This document shows positions 20,619-34,430 of a DNA stretch of 64,000 nucleotides, one piece after another. The DNA comes from Squalus acanthias (lineage: Eukaryota), in contig CM059432.1 in assembly GCA_030390025.1 (NCBI GenBank), forward strand, positions 105,898,001 to 105,962,000. The letters run 5' to 3'. Numbering within the stretch: the stretch's first letter is position 1; each line of letters opens with the position of its first letter. A program made the translations under genes and the position numbers. The notes beneath the pieces were generated by a model, which was not told where the DNA came from, made no database searches, and saw only the letters and a list, made by a program, of their open reading frames with translations.

Positions 20619-23600
20619 GGCCTAGAAATTCGGTTGCGTAGCACACGTTGTTTGGGCACCACGGGTGCCAACTTGGAACCAAAATGTGGAAATGTTTAGA
20701 GCTTTCTAGAGTTGTTTAAAGTTGGTGAGGTGACAGGGAGTGGTGCTGCAAGTGGAGAAGGCCTTGCTTCTGATTTCAAGGGTTCTGGTCAGACTACTTG
20801 CTCCCAGTCATGGGTTCTCTAGTTGTCATCCCCCTTGGCCTGCAGCATGACAAGGAGATGGAGCTGAGGCAGCAAAGAGGACAAGCTGCTCACAGAGGGA
20901 GGAGGAGGAGGGGGAGAAGGGCTCTCAGTAGGAGGCCTTACCCACCTAGGGACTTCCGAGAGACTCAACCTGAGTCAGGAGCAGTGTGTGAGGCATCTGT
21001 GCTTTCTGAAGGAGGTGCTCACAGAACTCTGCCACCTCTTGCAACCAGACCTGCAGCCTCACCACGGCAAGGACAGCACTGCCAGTGGCTGTGAAGGTGA
21101 CCGTGGCCCTGAATTTCCACACGTCGGGATCCTTCCAGGCTGGAGCAGGTGACATCTGTAACATCTCCCAGTTCGCCGTCCACTGCTGCATAAGAGAGGT
21201 GACAGAGGTTCTTTATGCCAGGAAAGGGTACTTCGTTGTCTTCTCTCTGACTAGAGAGAAGCAGGCAGAGCGTGCACGTGGCTTTGCCAGGATAGCGGAC
21301 TTCCCCATGGTGCAGGGCACCATCGACTGCACGCATGTGGCTTTGTGGGTGCGGCTTCTAAATGCTGAGATGTACCGCAACCTCAAAGTTTTCTACTTGC
21401 TGAATGTGTAATTGGTATGCGACCATGCTCAGCACATCATGATGGTGAATGCCTAGTATCCTGGCAGCAGTCATGATGCTTTTATCCTGCACCAGTCCGC
21501 TGTTCCCTCAGTCTTTGAGCCACCAAGACAAACCAGAAGGTGGCTACTGCGCGACAAGGGCTATCCGCTGACTACCTGGCTCATGACTCTGCTCCATAAC
21601 CCAACCACATGTGGTCAGCATGCGTACAATGAGAGCCATGCTGCCACATGGAACATCATAAAGCAGTCCATTGGGGAGCTGAAGCAATGGTCCTGCTACA
21701 TGGACCACTCTGGAGGAGCCCTACAGTACTCACATGTGTCCCAATTCGTCATGGCCTGCTGTATCCTCCACAACTGGCCATGAGGGCACAGCCGCCAGCT
21801 CAGGAGCAGGAGCAGGAGGGGAGGAGGAGGAAGATGAGGAAGCGGAAGAGGAGGAAACAGAAGAGGAGGAGGAGGAAGCGGAAGGAAGGTGGCAACCCAG
21901 ACAGCCCCTTTTTGGCCGGGATATCCGGGATCAAATCATCCACCAGTGAACACAACCCCAATTCCCCATTCAACATTAGTCCCACACCTTACTTCCCTCT
22001 ATTACTGACCATCACAGCGTCCTCTTGGCCACCATACTGAAATAAAAGCCACCACAAAGCAAACAATCCAATAAAACTTGATACATCTATCCAACGAATC
22101 ACCCTTGTGCATTCGCTTAGGGTGTCATCCGTGTGGCTTTGCCTGTCCTAGTGCTCCTATACAGTGCTACCTCAGTGGCTGCAGCATGGCTGGTGGAAGG
22201 CTGATGACTTTCAGTGGAGGATATTGCAGATGGCATTGCAGGACGACCTTGAGGAACTCTGGGCCTAGTAGGCCCAGCTTCGGACTGCACCACCTCGGCA
22301 TGGGCGGCAGCAGTCTGGGCTGACTGGCTGGCAGGCAACAGCAAGGACACTAGTGGAGTGGCAGTGGTGGGAGGACGAATGCTGTCATCCTGAGAGAGGA
22401 CAGCAGGGTCCTCCTCCACGGATCCATTGCCACTCCCGCGTGGCAGCGCCTCAGCAATCCTAGTTATCGGATGAAGTACAGACTGCTGGACTGCTGTGAC
22501 ACCCTGCAAGCCCACTCAACACTGGTAAGCCCAGCCATGATGGCAGCAGTCTGTGCTTGCGTGGCAGCAAGCTGAACTTGCATGGCTTCAGTCTGAGCTT
22601 CCACTGCAGCACTCAGATGTTGGGTGGCTTCTGCTTGTGCTACAATGGAAGCTGAGGCATCGCCCATCAAATGCGGCATGATGGTTCGGTCCACAAGTGC
22701 GTTAATGGATCTGCCCACCCCTTGCACGCTGGAAAGGATGGGCTCCAAGCTCTGCCCAAAGCCCTGTGCAAGGCTCGAGCTGGACTCCTCCATGCTCCTT
22801 GGCATTCAGGCTTTCTGGCAGGTCTGCCAATGCACCAAGCATTTCATTGTGCATACCCAGCAGTGTTCTTCTGATGCTGCCCCATCAGTCTTCATCTGAG
22901 TCCTCTGCAGCAGAACTTGTGTGTGACCTTGCCCTCCGGGGAGCTGGCACCTGAGCTACCCTTTCCCCCTGCCCTGTCTGCAGGCCACTCATGCCCAGTG
23001 ACTCACCATGTGCAGATCCCGCATCTAATCTATCAGCTAAAGTAACACAAAAGCAAAATACTGCGGATGCTGGAAATCTGAAATAGAAACACTCAGCAGG
23101 TCAGGCAACATCTGTGGAGAGAGAAACTGAGTTAATGTTTCAGTTCTGACGAAAGGTCATTGACCTGAAACATTAATTCTGTTTCTCTCTCCACAGATGC
23201 TGCCTGACCTGCTAAGTATTTCCAGCATTTTCTGTTTCCATCCTCTAAAGCATACAGAGTGTCAATATCTGAGCTGGTGCCTGGGAGTGTGAAATCGAGT
23301 GTTTCTTCTTCTTCTTCATCACTCTCCTCTCCCTCTTCGTGTTGACCCACCGGCTGGACAGGCTGGATTTCTTGGGTGTCGGAAATGAGAAAGGCACAAG
23401 GGTTGTGGTGAGGGGAGGGGGGCGAAAAGCAATAGCTGTATGCTTACACCATGTGCAGATTGTAAATCAGAAGAGATTGTGGGATGAGGGGGAAGTGGGA
23501 TGTGAGAAGGAGGATAACATATGAGGATACCCATCTGCTATTCTTACAGCCCCGCCGCTCGCCATAGACTCAGCTATGCCCCTGCCAAGAATGGCCAGCA

Positions 23601-24469
23601 CCATCTCCTCCCAGGGGGGTGAGGTGATGAGACGAGCCTATCCCCCGCCGGTTAGGTTCTGCTGGCACTGGTTATGAGCCACCTTTTCCTGCAAGAGAAA
23701 GGGAAGTGTGTCAGTGAGTGTGGTGTAATGTGTTTGGGTGATGTGTCTGTCATAGTTGAATAGCTGAGTGTGTGTTCAAGCTGTGAGATGTGGGTGTGAG
23801 GCTTGCAGCAGTGGTAAGTGTGCGCAGGTGAGCTGAAGCTATGAATGTGAGGTGTGAGTCGTGTTTGGTAGAGATTATTGGTAGGTGAGTGATAGGGGCG
23901 TGGTGCATTGAGCAGTGTGTGAGGTTGGTGGTGGAGATGGTGGGATATGGCATTTGAAGATGAATTCACTGACCTTGACCACTCATGTGAGGTCATTAAA
24001 CTTCTTCCTGCATTGAGTCCAGGTCCTCGGGGCTATACTGCTGGCATTTACCACAGTGGCTATCTGCTCCCACTGCAGCCTGGTCTGTTGCCTGGAGGGT
24101 TTCCTGGACCCCTGTGGAAAGAGGACCTCTCTCCTAGAGTTGACCTCCTGGATCAATCCTCCAGTGCTGCATCCGAGAGCCTTGGAGCCCTTTCTCTGGC
24201 CTGTTGAGCCATTATTCAATCTTCTTTCTAACACTTGCCTCCACAACCAGTTCCAGCACCTGCTGCAGGCAGAAGGCACCTCCCCTTTAAGAGGTGCAGA
24301 CTGCCTTTAAGAAGTGGCGGCTAGCTTTAATTGGAGCTAGCCTCGCATGAACTTGGGTCCCCTGCTGAGCACGAGTTTTACAGGCTGCCTGCAGTCCTCC
24401 GAACAGGCGCGGGTTGCTATCACATCATGATCCCTGCACCCGTTTTGGGGGATATCGTATTTCTAGGCC
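20619..24469. mobile_element. Decayed two-gene Harbinger (copy B)
   Basis: TIRs GGCCTAGAAAT / ATTTCTAGGCC; TSD AAT; transposase pseudogene on + at 20810-21949; Myb pseudogene on - at ~24210-22110. Confidence 0.9.
23048..23238. mobile_element. Second Penelope-derived fold-back element, inside the copy B Myb gene
   Basis: GCAAAATACTGCGGATGCTGGAAATC start; inverted arms around 23143; hammerhead core CTGACGA..GAAA. Confidence 0.8.
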
Positions 24470-25764
24470 AATGTATTTTTTTTTACTGTAAAAGAATTAT
24501 AAATGGATTGGTTCTTTATCATTTCCTTAAATTATCAATTTGCATTTTATAGAAATGGAATTATCTCAACAATATAAATAGAATTAACGCAGTACAACCA
24601 TGCATCAGTTAAAGCTTCTGCTGTATAACACTGAAAACAAGCCCGTAGACTGTCATGTTACACTGTTTTCTTAGATTTTCTGCTGGAATTGATTACTAGC
24701 ACTGTAGGTTATATAATGGAAGAAGAAGGCTGATGGAAATGAATCATGAATTGAAGCTCTGAGAGCGATAATGGAATGTTTTCCAGCCACGCCAACCCAG
24801 AAGTGGTAGTGGCAGACTGCCAGCTAGAGAGGCTGCTACAAACCAGACACCAGATACCAGAGCCAAAAACAAATCCCAGGGCTTCATCAATCATACGTAG
24901 TTCCCTTTCTTTTCTCTCTCAATTAACTCCTATTTGTTCCATCTGTATTCTTTAAGTGAAGTGAAAATTCAAGCTGCATCCCTAAATCAAATTCAAACAA
25001 AGTGCACGCAAGGGAGAAATTAATTTTCGTACGCATTTATGTCCCCTGCTTGTGGCTAAATGGAAACAAAAAGCCCATGGGCGCTAATAGAATGACATTC
25101 CTTGTTACTGTAGAGAGCTGACAGAATCAAAGTAAAACAAGCTCTTTGTTAGCTTATCACTGCTGAATATAGTTCAATGAAAAACTAAAATGATGCCAGT
25201 AATAGTTGCCTGCAAGGGCCACCACACAAGACAAAGGCAGACACAATAGCCAGAACATATTGGATTCTCTACCCTCAGTATAATGGCACGGATTTTGCGG
25301 TCAGCGGCGAAGGGATAGTGCTCGCCGCTGACCTCGAAAAAAGCTGCCCACAAATATTTAGCGGGCTCTAGAGCATAGATTTCCTCATTTCCAATGTAAT
25401 TTTGAATTTGGCGCCATCTATAGGAAACCTGTGTCAACTGGGCAGACAGGCTGATCAGCGAATCAGAATGAAGAATTCTCATAGCCAGCAAAGCAGGAAA
25501 TAAAAAGCAGGGATTATTATTCACATTTAATTCATTATACAGAAAGCGAAATAAAGATTGGGATATACACATGGGATTAAGGGAGAAGTTTAAATATCGT
25601 AAAACAATCCTACAAAAATATATATAATTTTTATTGTTTACAAAATTTGCAATTTTTAAATGTTCTTCTGAGGGAATGAGACTCCATACTTGTAAATATA
25701 ATTTTTCAGGGCCAGAGAGGTTGTTCATCATTAATTATGACTTAGTACGCCATTGAAAAACTTA

Positions 25765-28700
25765 GGGGGAGAAATTTGTGTGATTTGCGCCACCCGTTAG
25801 CGCCACGAGATGGCGCTAAAATGCCATTGAGAGCTGTAATGACAGCTGATGCCGGTTCCAGCGCCACATGCCATATTGATGGTGCCGGTAACCTCAATCG
25901 TCAGGGAGCACGCTATCATGGAGATCGTAACGTCAGTGAGTGTGCAATGCTCACTGGACACCCGATCTCCCAACTTCATTTTAGCCAAGGTATTTACCAG
26001 CTGGAGAAAGCAACGACAGCTTCAGGTGGTGTGCAGCAGCAGGAAGCCGGCTACAGCGACGCAATTTAAAGAGATCATCACCAATCACTCGCACCTGACA
26101 GGTTTGTGAAGTTTTGAGTGGCTATGTGCTAGTTCCTGCTACTGCAAGGGTTTTTCTTAGTCATTTCAAGGTTCTTTGGTATCAGGGAATGTTCTGGCAA
26201 GTACAAAACTCCCTCATTATTTTTGAAAGGCTTCAAAGTATAACACTTGCTAAAAATCACTCACTCAATGTGCAGTTGGTGTGTGACCACAGACAGCAAA
26301 TCCTCAATGTCAATGCCCGTTATCCTGGCAGCAGCCACGATGCCTTCATTCTGCACCAGACCGGTGTGCCAGCACTCTTCCAGCCACCACATCAAGCTCG
26401 AGGATGGCTGCTCGGAGACAAGGGGTATCCGCTCTCCACCTGGCTCATGACTCCCCTCCGCAACCTCAACACTTGTGCCCAGCACTCATATAATGAGAGC
26501 CATGCTGCCACCAGGAACATCATCGAGCAGACCATCGGCCTACTGAAGCAGCGGTTCCGCTGCCTTGACCGCTCGGGAGGAGCCCTCCGGTACTCTCCAG
26601 AGTGGGTGTTCCATTTCGTTGTGGTCTGCTGCATGCTTCACAACTTGGCCATCATGAGGGCGCAGCCCTTGCCAGCAGGGATTGTGGGACCACCTCAGGA
26701 GGAGGAGGAGACAGAGGAGCAGGATGAGGAGGAAGAGGATGAGGAGGAGGGGGACAAGGAGGAGGAGACACAGGAGGGAGGGAGGAGGCAGCGAGACAAT
26801 CGGCCTTCCGGACGGGCTGTCCATGACCAGCTCATCAGACTGCAATTCGAATAAATGAAACCCCAGATCCCCGTTGCTCACCACATCCCCATCATACCAT
26901 CCCTGTCTCACGCCATATCACAGCATCCGCCTGGGCATAAAGGTGAAATGAGAGAGACCACAAAATATTCCAAACACCATTAATAAATTTATCTATATAC
27001 ATATCACACATATTACATGAATTCTAATAACTAATGACCCTTGTGCCTGCCATAGTTGAATAGCTGTCATTGTGTGCAAGGTGTGAGATGTGGGTGTGAG
27101 TGTTGCTAGGTAGAGATTGTTGGTGGGTGAGTGCTGGGGGTGTGATACATTGAGCAGTGTGTGAAGCTTGTGGTACAGATGGTGGTATGTAGCATTTGTT
27201 GAAGCCGTCACTCACCCTGACCACCCATATGAGCTCATTAAACCTCCTCCTGCCCTGGGTGCGGAACCTGGGGACCACAGTGCTGCCCGTGATGTGGTGT
27301 GCCACCTCCCTCCACATAGTCCAGCAGACTTGTGCTGAGGGCCTCCTGCCAGTTGGTACAGGACCGCCCGCCTTCTCTCCACCGCTAAAACCAATGCCTC
27401 CAAAACTTCCTCAGAAAACCTCCGGGCTCTCTCCCTGGGGCAGTGATCTGTCATCAGGATTTGTAAATAAGTGCTCCTTCTCCTTGTGAAGTGGAAAGTG
27501 TGAGGTGATGCACTTTGGCAGGAAAAATCCTAGAGCAATTTATTATCTTAATGGCAAGAAACTGGAGAGTACTGAAGTGCAAAGGGATCTGGGGGTCCTG
27601 GTGCACAAAACTCAAAAGGTTAGTATGCAGGTGCAGCAAGTGATTAAGAAGGCAAATGGAATGTTGGCTTTCATTGCTAGGGGGATAGAATATAAAAATA
27701 GGGAGGTATTGCTTCAGTTGTACAAGGTATTGGTGAGACCGCACCTGGAATACTGCATACAGTTTTGGTGTCCTTACTTAAGGAAAGACATCCTTGCTCT
27801 CGAGGCAGTGCAAAAAAGGTTCACTCGGTTAATCCCGGGGATGAGGGGGTGGTCATATGAGGAGAGGTTGGGTAGATTGGGACTCTACTCATTGGAGTTC
27901 AGAAGAATGAGAGGCGATCTTATTGAAACATATAAGATTGTGAAGGGGTTGGATCGGGTGGATGCGGGGAGGATGTTCCCGATGACGGGTGAGACGAGAA
28001 CTAGGGGACATAGTCTTAGAATAAGGGGCTGCTCTTTCAAAACTGAGATGAGGAGGAACTACTTCACTCAGAGGGTGGTAGGTGCATGGAATATGCTGCC
28101 ACAAAAAGCTGTAGAAGCTACAACATTAATTAAATTTAAAACAGAAATAGACAGTTTCCTAGAAGTAAAGGGCATTAAGGGTTACGGGGAGCGGGCAGGA
28201 ATTTGGACATGAGTCTAGGTTCGGATCGGTCATGGCCCTGTGGGTAGTGGAGCGGGCCCAGGGACTGTGTAGCCTGATTCTGCTCCTATTTTGTGTGTGC
28301 AATTCTGTTAGATGCAGGAGATGGTTCTGTGATAGATAGTAGATTGGCGGTTAGGATCAGATCAGCCATGATCTTATTGAATGGCGGAGCAGGCTCGAGG
28401 GGCCAATTGGCCTACTCCTGCTCCTATTTCTTATGTTCTTATGTTATGTCCTTCTTCTTATGGTTGTAGAGGCAGCTGCACACCCAACAATGCTGAGAAT
28501 GAGGTGCTGCAGCATCAATGAACCTCCCTTATAAGTAATGAAAAAAGCCCGTGGCAATCATTACTTGAGTTTAGACTATACCCGATATTGGTCCATCTTT
28601 TCAGTGTAACTACAATGAGCTTGGGTTTTTAGACTAGAATCATGACTGCGATCATTTTAATGAGGAGTGAGGACGAATTTTGCGTGCAGTCTAGATGATT

Positions 28701-28772
28701 TTCACCTGGCGCTACTTAACCATTTTTAGTCTAAACACTGCCCATTCCTTGGCTATAATGAATTTCTAGCCC
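25765..28772. mobile_element. Internally deleted Harbinger (copy C)
   Basis: TIRs GGGGGAGAAATT / AATTTCTAGCCC; TSD TTA; transposase C-terminal half at 26257-26854 ([21 protein letters not shown]); Myb exon 1 on - at 27454-27212. Confidence 0.88.
27490..28447 (+). mobile_element. 5'-truncated CR1 inside copy C
   Basis: Open RT C-terminal ORF 27505-28212; 3' hairpin and TTATGTTC tail. Confidence 0.92.
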
Positions 28773-29027
28773 TTAGTTACTCCTGATTGAACAAGGCTTA
28801 ACATTTTCATTGGTTTTTACAGCGAGAATAGTGTATAAATAGTTGACGTTCATGTTAAATCAGTCTGTGCAGATTCTATCGGCGAAGACTGCAAGAGCAC
28901 ACCCTGTGAAGGAGCAGGGTATCACTGGCAGCAATTGTGGACACCAGAAGTTGCTGTCAGTTTTACACAGTATTAACGGTGAACGCTGACACTTTCGCGA
29001 CATTACAACCGCATATTCCAAGCCAAT

Positions 29028-30818
29028 GGCCACGATTTCACCAGCGGAGGCGGGATCGCGGCGGGAGAGGTCTTTGGCGGGTCCCGGTCCCGCTCCCAGC
29101 TCTAGCCGCTCTGTGAAAAGGATTTTCCCCTGATTGGGTTTGTTAAGCCCGCCCTGCGAGGTTCCCGGCCAATTAAAAGGAAGCGGGTCTGATGATGTCA
29201 TTTGATGACGAGTCATCAGCCGGTTTCCTTAAAGGAACCACGGCCACATTCATTTTGACAGTAGTTCTGTCAGTGTTTTACAGCATTGAGGTGCTGCAAA
29301 CACTGACAAGCACTGCACAAAGGTACACGGCTGCACCCAGGCTCCCACATGACTCCCTCCATATGCTTATGGAGGGAGTCACAGCACGTGGGGAGATTCT
29401 CTTCCCTTCCAAGGGCGGAATACACCTCCCCAGGAGACCAACGCAGCCTGGTTGCACATTGCACAGGAGGACACAAGCAGAAATGTCGTCAGGAGGACCT
29501 GGCTGCAGTGGCGCAAACCTTTCAATGATCTCAGTGGATCACGAAATGTTACTGCAAATCCAAACCCAACCTCATCCTGCTGTGCCACTCATCACATCCA
29601 CATCACTCTGCCTTCCCTACCCTACTCCTGCACATCTTTACTCACACCAACTTACCTTGCACCTCCACCCATCCCTCTCTATCGACATTATCACTTCCCC
29701 ATCTCACTAGCCACCCCTCACACTCACCCTCATCCTAGTGCAATCATACCAACTAACAACACACAAGGGTAGGCACTTGGGTGTTTTATGCAATGTTCAT
29801 GTAAATTTTCTGTTAATGTGTTGTCAAACATTGAAATTTATATTTTCAACACTTTACCTTATTGGACAGATCTGTGCTCACCTTTGGAAGTGTCTTAGTG
29901 AGTTGCAGTGAATGTTGAGACATAACTCCCCCCCACCCCCCCCGCCATTGTGATGAGTGTGAAATGAATGGCTTGGTCATTGTAGGGATGCTTTATGGTG
30001 CTGGTGTGGGGTGGTGTCAACCTGGTGCATCATGTGGCAGCCAGTGTGTACAGTGTTAAGTGAAGTAAATCTGGCCATGGTGATGCCATTGCTGGCCTCC
30101 CGGGCAGCAATGTTGTCAGGGGCTGATGCCCTGTGTCCTGTGCAGCATCAGGTGATTGCGGAGAAGGTTGGTGATGTTTGTGATGTTGGTGTGCCTGGTG
30201 ATGTTGGTGTTGGGGCTGATCATGGAGTGATTCAGAGGACCAAGGTGAGATTTTTTCAAGGCACCGATGTTGCTGGAATAGATGGCAGTTGAAGTTGAGA
30301 TGACAGAAGCGATCTGTCAATGGTGAGAGAGCTTGCTCCAAGGAGGTGACAGTGGATGGAGAGTTTACTCCAAATACTTCCAAACTGCATAAAGCTCAAA
30401 AGTGTCTTCCAAGTCCTGAAGGCTCAAGCTTCTGACACTGGAAAATGAATAGCTGTCAAATGGTAGCTTTCATACCACTTTTGCAGCTGTCACCTATTCA
30501 CAACAATGGGGAGAAATAGAGAACCCAACCTACTTACCTGACGTGATCTCCGAACGACGTGAACCGCATTAAAAAAGTGGTGAAATAGAAATCGGCTGGC
30601 AAAATAGTAGTTAACAAGCATTTAACAAGCATTTAACTATCTTAAATGCCTCTCCCGCCTCTTGGTGTCGGGTCTGTTCTGAAATCGCAGACCCGACACT
30701 TTGGAAACTTACATGGAGGCGGTTTCGGAGCGGGTTCCCAACTCGCTGTCAATCATTTCGATATTGACAGCGGACCCGCCTCCAAACCCACACTCTGAGC
30801 GCTGGCAAAATTCAGCCC
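29028..30818. mobile_element. Harbinger element E (distinct family) with decayed Myb remnant
   Basis: TIRs GGCCACGATTTCACCAGCG / CGCTGGCAAAATTCAGCCC; TSD AAT; on +, AAPRL..LMEGVTARGEILFP and HIAQE..RRTWLQWRKPFNDL. Confidence 0.85.
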
Positions 30819-31317
30819 AATGTGTCTAATAACGCCCATTACACCTCTGGGGAGCTAACTTCTCAGTTTGTTCTAATTATAAATGTAGTCAGTGCACAAA
30901 ACATCCCAGATAACTCAGCCTCTGATACGCTACCATTATGTGCAACTGATGAGTATGATCACTGCAGGTGACATTGAGAGAGATGCAAAAGCTCTGTGAT
31001 CTCCATAATGGACAAGCGCAAGAATTGTTATTCCAGATACATTCTTTAAGTAAACAGTTAGACCATGACTGTACTAAAACAAAATACTGTATTTACAATG
31101 TTTTGGGTTTAAGATAGCAACAAGGCCCTTTCACAATCTACCCAGGGTACAAAAGCATTGTATTTTGACATTAACTGTTGTGACCAGACACTAGTGGCAT
31201 CCTGCATCTCAATAAAAGCAGGTGGTTGATTATGTCAGTGTTAGGGCTGTTCCTCTTCCACATTTTTGTTAAGAACATGGATGAAGTTTGTGGATGACAC
31301 AAAGATATTTGTAAATG

Positions 31318-33471
31318 TAAGGACTGAGCCTCCACAGCCCTGTGGGGTAGAGAATTCCAAAGATTCACCGCCCTCTGAGTGAAGAAATTTCTCCTCATCT
31401 CAATCCTAAATGGCCGACCCCTTATTCTGAGACTGTGACCCCTAGTTCGAGACTTCCCAGCCAGGGGAAACATCCTCCCTGCATCTACCCTGTCAAGTCC
31501 TGTAAGAATTTTGTATGTTTCAATGAGATCACCTCTCATTCTTCTAAACTCTAGAGAATATAGGCCTAGTCTACTCAATCTGTCCTCATAGGACAATCCC
31601 CCCATCCCAGGAACCAGTCTGGAGAACCTTCGTTGCACTCCCTCTATGGCAAGTATATCCTTCCTTAGGTAAGGAGACCAAGGGGGAAAAATTAGGTTGC
31701 GCCCCATTTGGGGCGCAAATATCGTCTGGACGCAAATATTAGCGCCTGGCGCTAATTATCGGCACTGACTGGAAACTTCACTTTTACCGCCCCGGGAGGT
31801 GAGTGGAGCGCTAAATCAGGCGCTGCACACCTGTCTTAAGGCGCAAAGGCCAAGGAGTGAGGCGCTACCTCAGAGCGCTGGCGAAGCTCATGTAATGTCA
31901 GTCAGCAATGGAACACACACACAATGGCACGGGCCAGTTCTTAAAGGGGATGGTTAATCTTGCTTTCCATCCCCATCCTGTTCATTGCAGCCTTGAATCT
32001 CGGCCTGGAGAGACTTGCACATCAAATGTGCTGGAAAGAACAATGGAGAGTACCAGGCAAAGAGCTCAGAGTGCAGCTCCCACAGTCTCTGCTAAATCGA
32101 TACAAGGAATGGCAAATCAAAATGAACCTGCAAAGTGTTGCTCAGTACCCAAAACTCCTTCACACAACGTTGAATCTCTCCAGAAGTCTCTCCCTCTCTC
32201 TCTCAGAATGCGTAGTTCAAAAATGCCACCAACAATAAAAGACAGGAAGAGGCCCCCTTTAAATAGCGCCCCCCCCAGCCCCACAGCAATTGATAGCGTT
32301 CCAGTCTTCTGGTCGTTGGATGCGCCAGGCGGTAAGGCAGGGGGCGCCACTCAATTTCCGCTCCGGGGCGCCACAAGGGCGTTGCACCATGGAATGACGT
32401 CACAATCTGCGCGCGCAGGTGGTCGCAGCGGTAAAGTTTAGCGCCGCCGCACAATCTCTAGTTAAGTTCCCGAGCGGCGCAAATATCGCTGCGCCCGGGT
32501 GTTAGAGGCTTTGCGCCCCATTAGCGCCCTCTTAAGGCGCTAACGGGAGGCGCAACCATTTTTTACCCCCAAAACTGTACACAATGCTCCAGGTGTGGTC
32601 TCACCAGGGCCCTATATGATTGCAGTAAGACGTCTTTACTCTTATACTCAAATCCTCTTGTAATAAAGGACAACATACCATTTGCTTTCCTAATTGCTTG
32701 CTGTACCTGCATGTTAACTTTCAGTGATTCTTGTACAAAGACACCCAGGTCCCTCTGAACACCAACATTTCCCAATCTCTCACCATTTAAAATATACTCT
32801 GCTTTTCTATTTTTCCTACCAAAGTGGATAACTTCACATTTCTCCACATTATATTCCATTTGCCATGTTCTTGCCCACTCACTTAGCCTGTCTATATCCC
32901 CTCGAAGCCTCCTTGCATCCTCCTCACAACTTACATTCCCACCCAGCTTTGTATCATCAGCAAATTTGGATATATTACATTTGGTCCCCTCATCCAAATC
33001 ATTGATGTAGATTGTGAATAGCTGAGGCCCAAGCATTGATCCTTGCGGTACCCTACTAGTTACAGCCTCCAACCCAAAAATGACCCATTTATTCCTACTC
33101 TCTGTTTTCTGTCCATTAACCAATCCTCAGTCCATGCTAGTATATTACCCCCAATCTATGAGCCCTAATTGTGTTTAATAACCTCTTGTGTAGCACCTTA
33201 TCGAATGCTTTCTGAAAATCCAAATACACCACATCCACTGGTTCCCCCTTATCTATTCTGCTAGTTACAACCTCAAAATACTCTAACAGATTCGTCAAAC
33301 ATGATTTCCCTTTCATAAATCCGTGTTGACTCTGCCCAATCCTATTATTATTTTATAAGTGCCCTGTTACCACGTCCTTAATAATAGATTCTAGCATTTT
33401 CCCTACTATTGATGTCAGGCTAACTGGTCTGCAGTTCCCCGTTTTCTCTCTCCCTCCTTTCTTAAATAGTG
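31318..33471 (-). mobile_element. CR1 ORF2 fragment split by a Harbinger MITE
   Basis: RT ORFs 32563-33123 and 31171-31707; the host rejoins as GGAGACCAAAACTGTAC. Confidence 0.9.
31682..32569 (-). mobile_element. Second copy of non-autonomous Harbinger H2, inverted
   Basis: Near-identical reverse complement of 6638-7530; TSD CAA (31679-31681 and 32570-32572). Confidence 0.93.
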
Positions 33472-33584
33472 GGGAATAAGCAGGTGTTTTTTTTTTAATA
33501 CAGTCAAGTACAGAATGATGCATTTGATCAGGGGAATTTCCAAGTATAAATACACAGTGCAGGCCTTGTGCACGCAAGGCTATT

Positions 33585-34430
33585 AAGCAAGATAAGGACC
33601 TGGGGGTTATAATTCATGAGTCAATGAAGGTCCTTGACCAGTGTTGCGAGACTGTTGCAAAAATAGACAACGTCTGCAGATGTATAGCTAGGACAATGAA
33701 ATATAAAACTAGAAGTATAATCCTTTCCTTGTGCAAAGCCTTTGTCCAACCATACTTAGAATACTGTGTCCAGTTTTGGTTTCCTCACATGGTGGTTGAA
33801 AAGGTTCAGAGGAGGGCCAATGGATTAATACCTAGATTAAGGGCCCTTACTGATCAGTGCAGGCTTAGAGAGCTGAGACTGTTTATTTTGAAAAAGCATA
33901 GACTTCGAGGAAATAATGACTGAGGTCCTAAAATAATGAAGGGATTAGATACTGTCCACATGAATATGTTACTTGAGCTAGATAAACCGGAAGAGTACTA
34001 AGGCACATCTGTACAGGTTACAAAAGTAAAAGTTAGGTTAAATATTTGCAAATACCGTACTTCTTTTCAAAGAGAGTCATCGATCTCTAGAATAACTTGC
34101 CTGTACGTGCAGTGAGTGTGGATTCACTGCAAACATTCAAAAGGGAGCTGGACAGGTTCCTGCAAGTGGAAGACATCCCGAGGTAGGTGAGTTAACCGGT
34201 GTAATGGTACCAGTCACCGTAGTTTCCTGGAGTTTGCCCGATTGCCTGCGAGGGTTGGAGAAGAATTTCCAAGAGGTTTCTTTTCCTAAATTGGCCTAGT
34301 ATATTTCTCTTTTTTTTTGCCTCTCCCAGATGGGGTTAATATTGTATGCAGCTTGCACCTTATTGGCATGGAAAGGATAAGCTTGATGGATTAGCCATTC
34401 TTTTGCTGTTCTTTTTTGTATATTCATAAC
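33585..34430 (+). mobile_element. Highly decayed CR1 3' fragment
   Basis: LCKAFVQPYLEYCVQFWFPH..KVQRRA..RLRELRLF in ORF 33624-33923. Confidence 0.75.

Larger units (their letters stand above)
25285..29024. mobile_element. Non-autonomous Harbinger-type element D (about 730 bp of its own sequence) hosting copy C
   Basis: TIRs GGCACGGATTTTGCGG / CCGCATATTCCAAGCC; TSD AAT (25282-25284 and 29025-29027). Confidence 0.7.
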
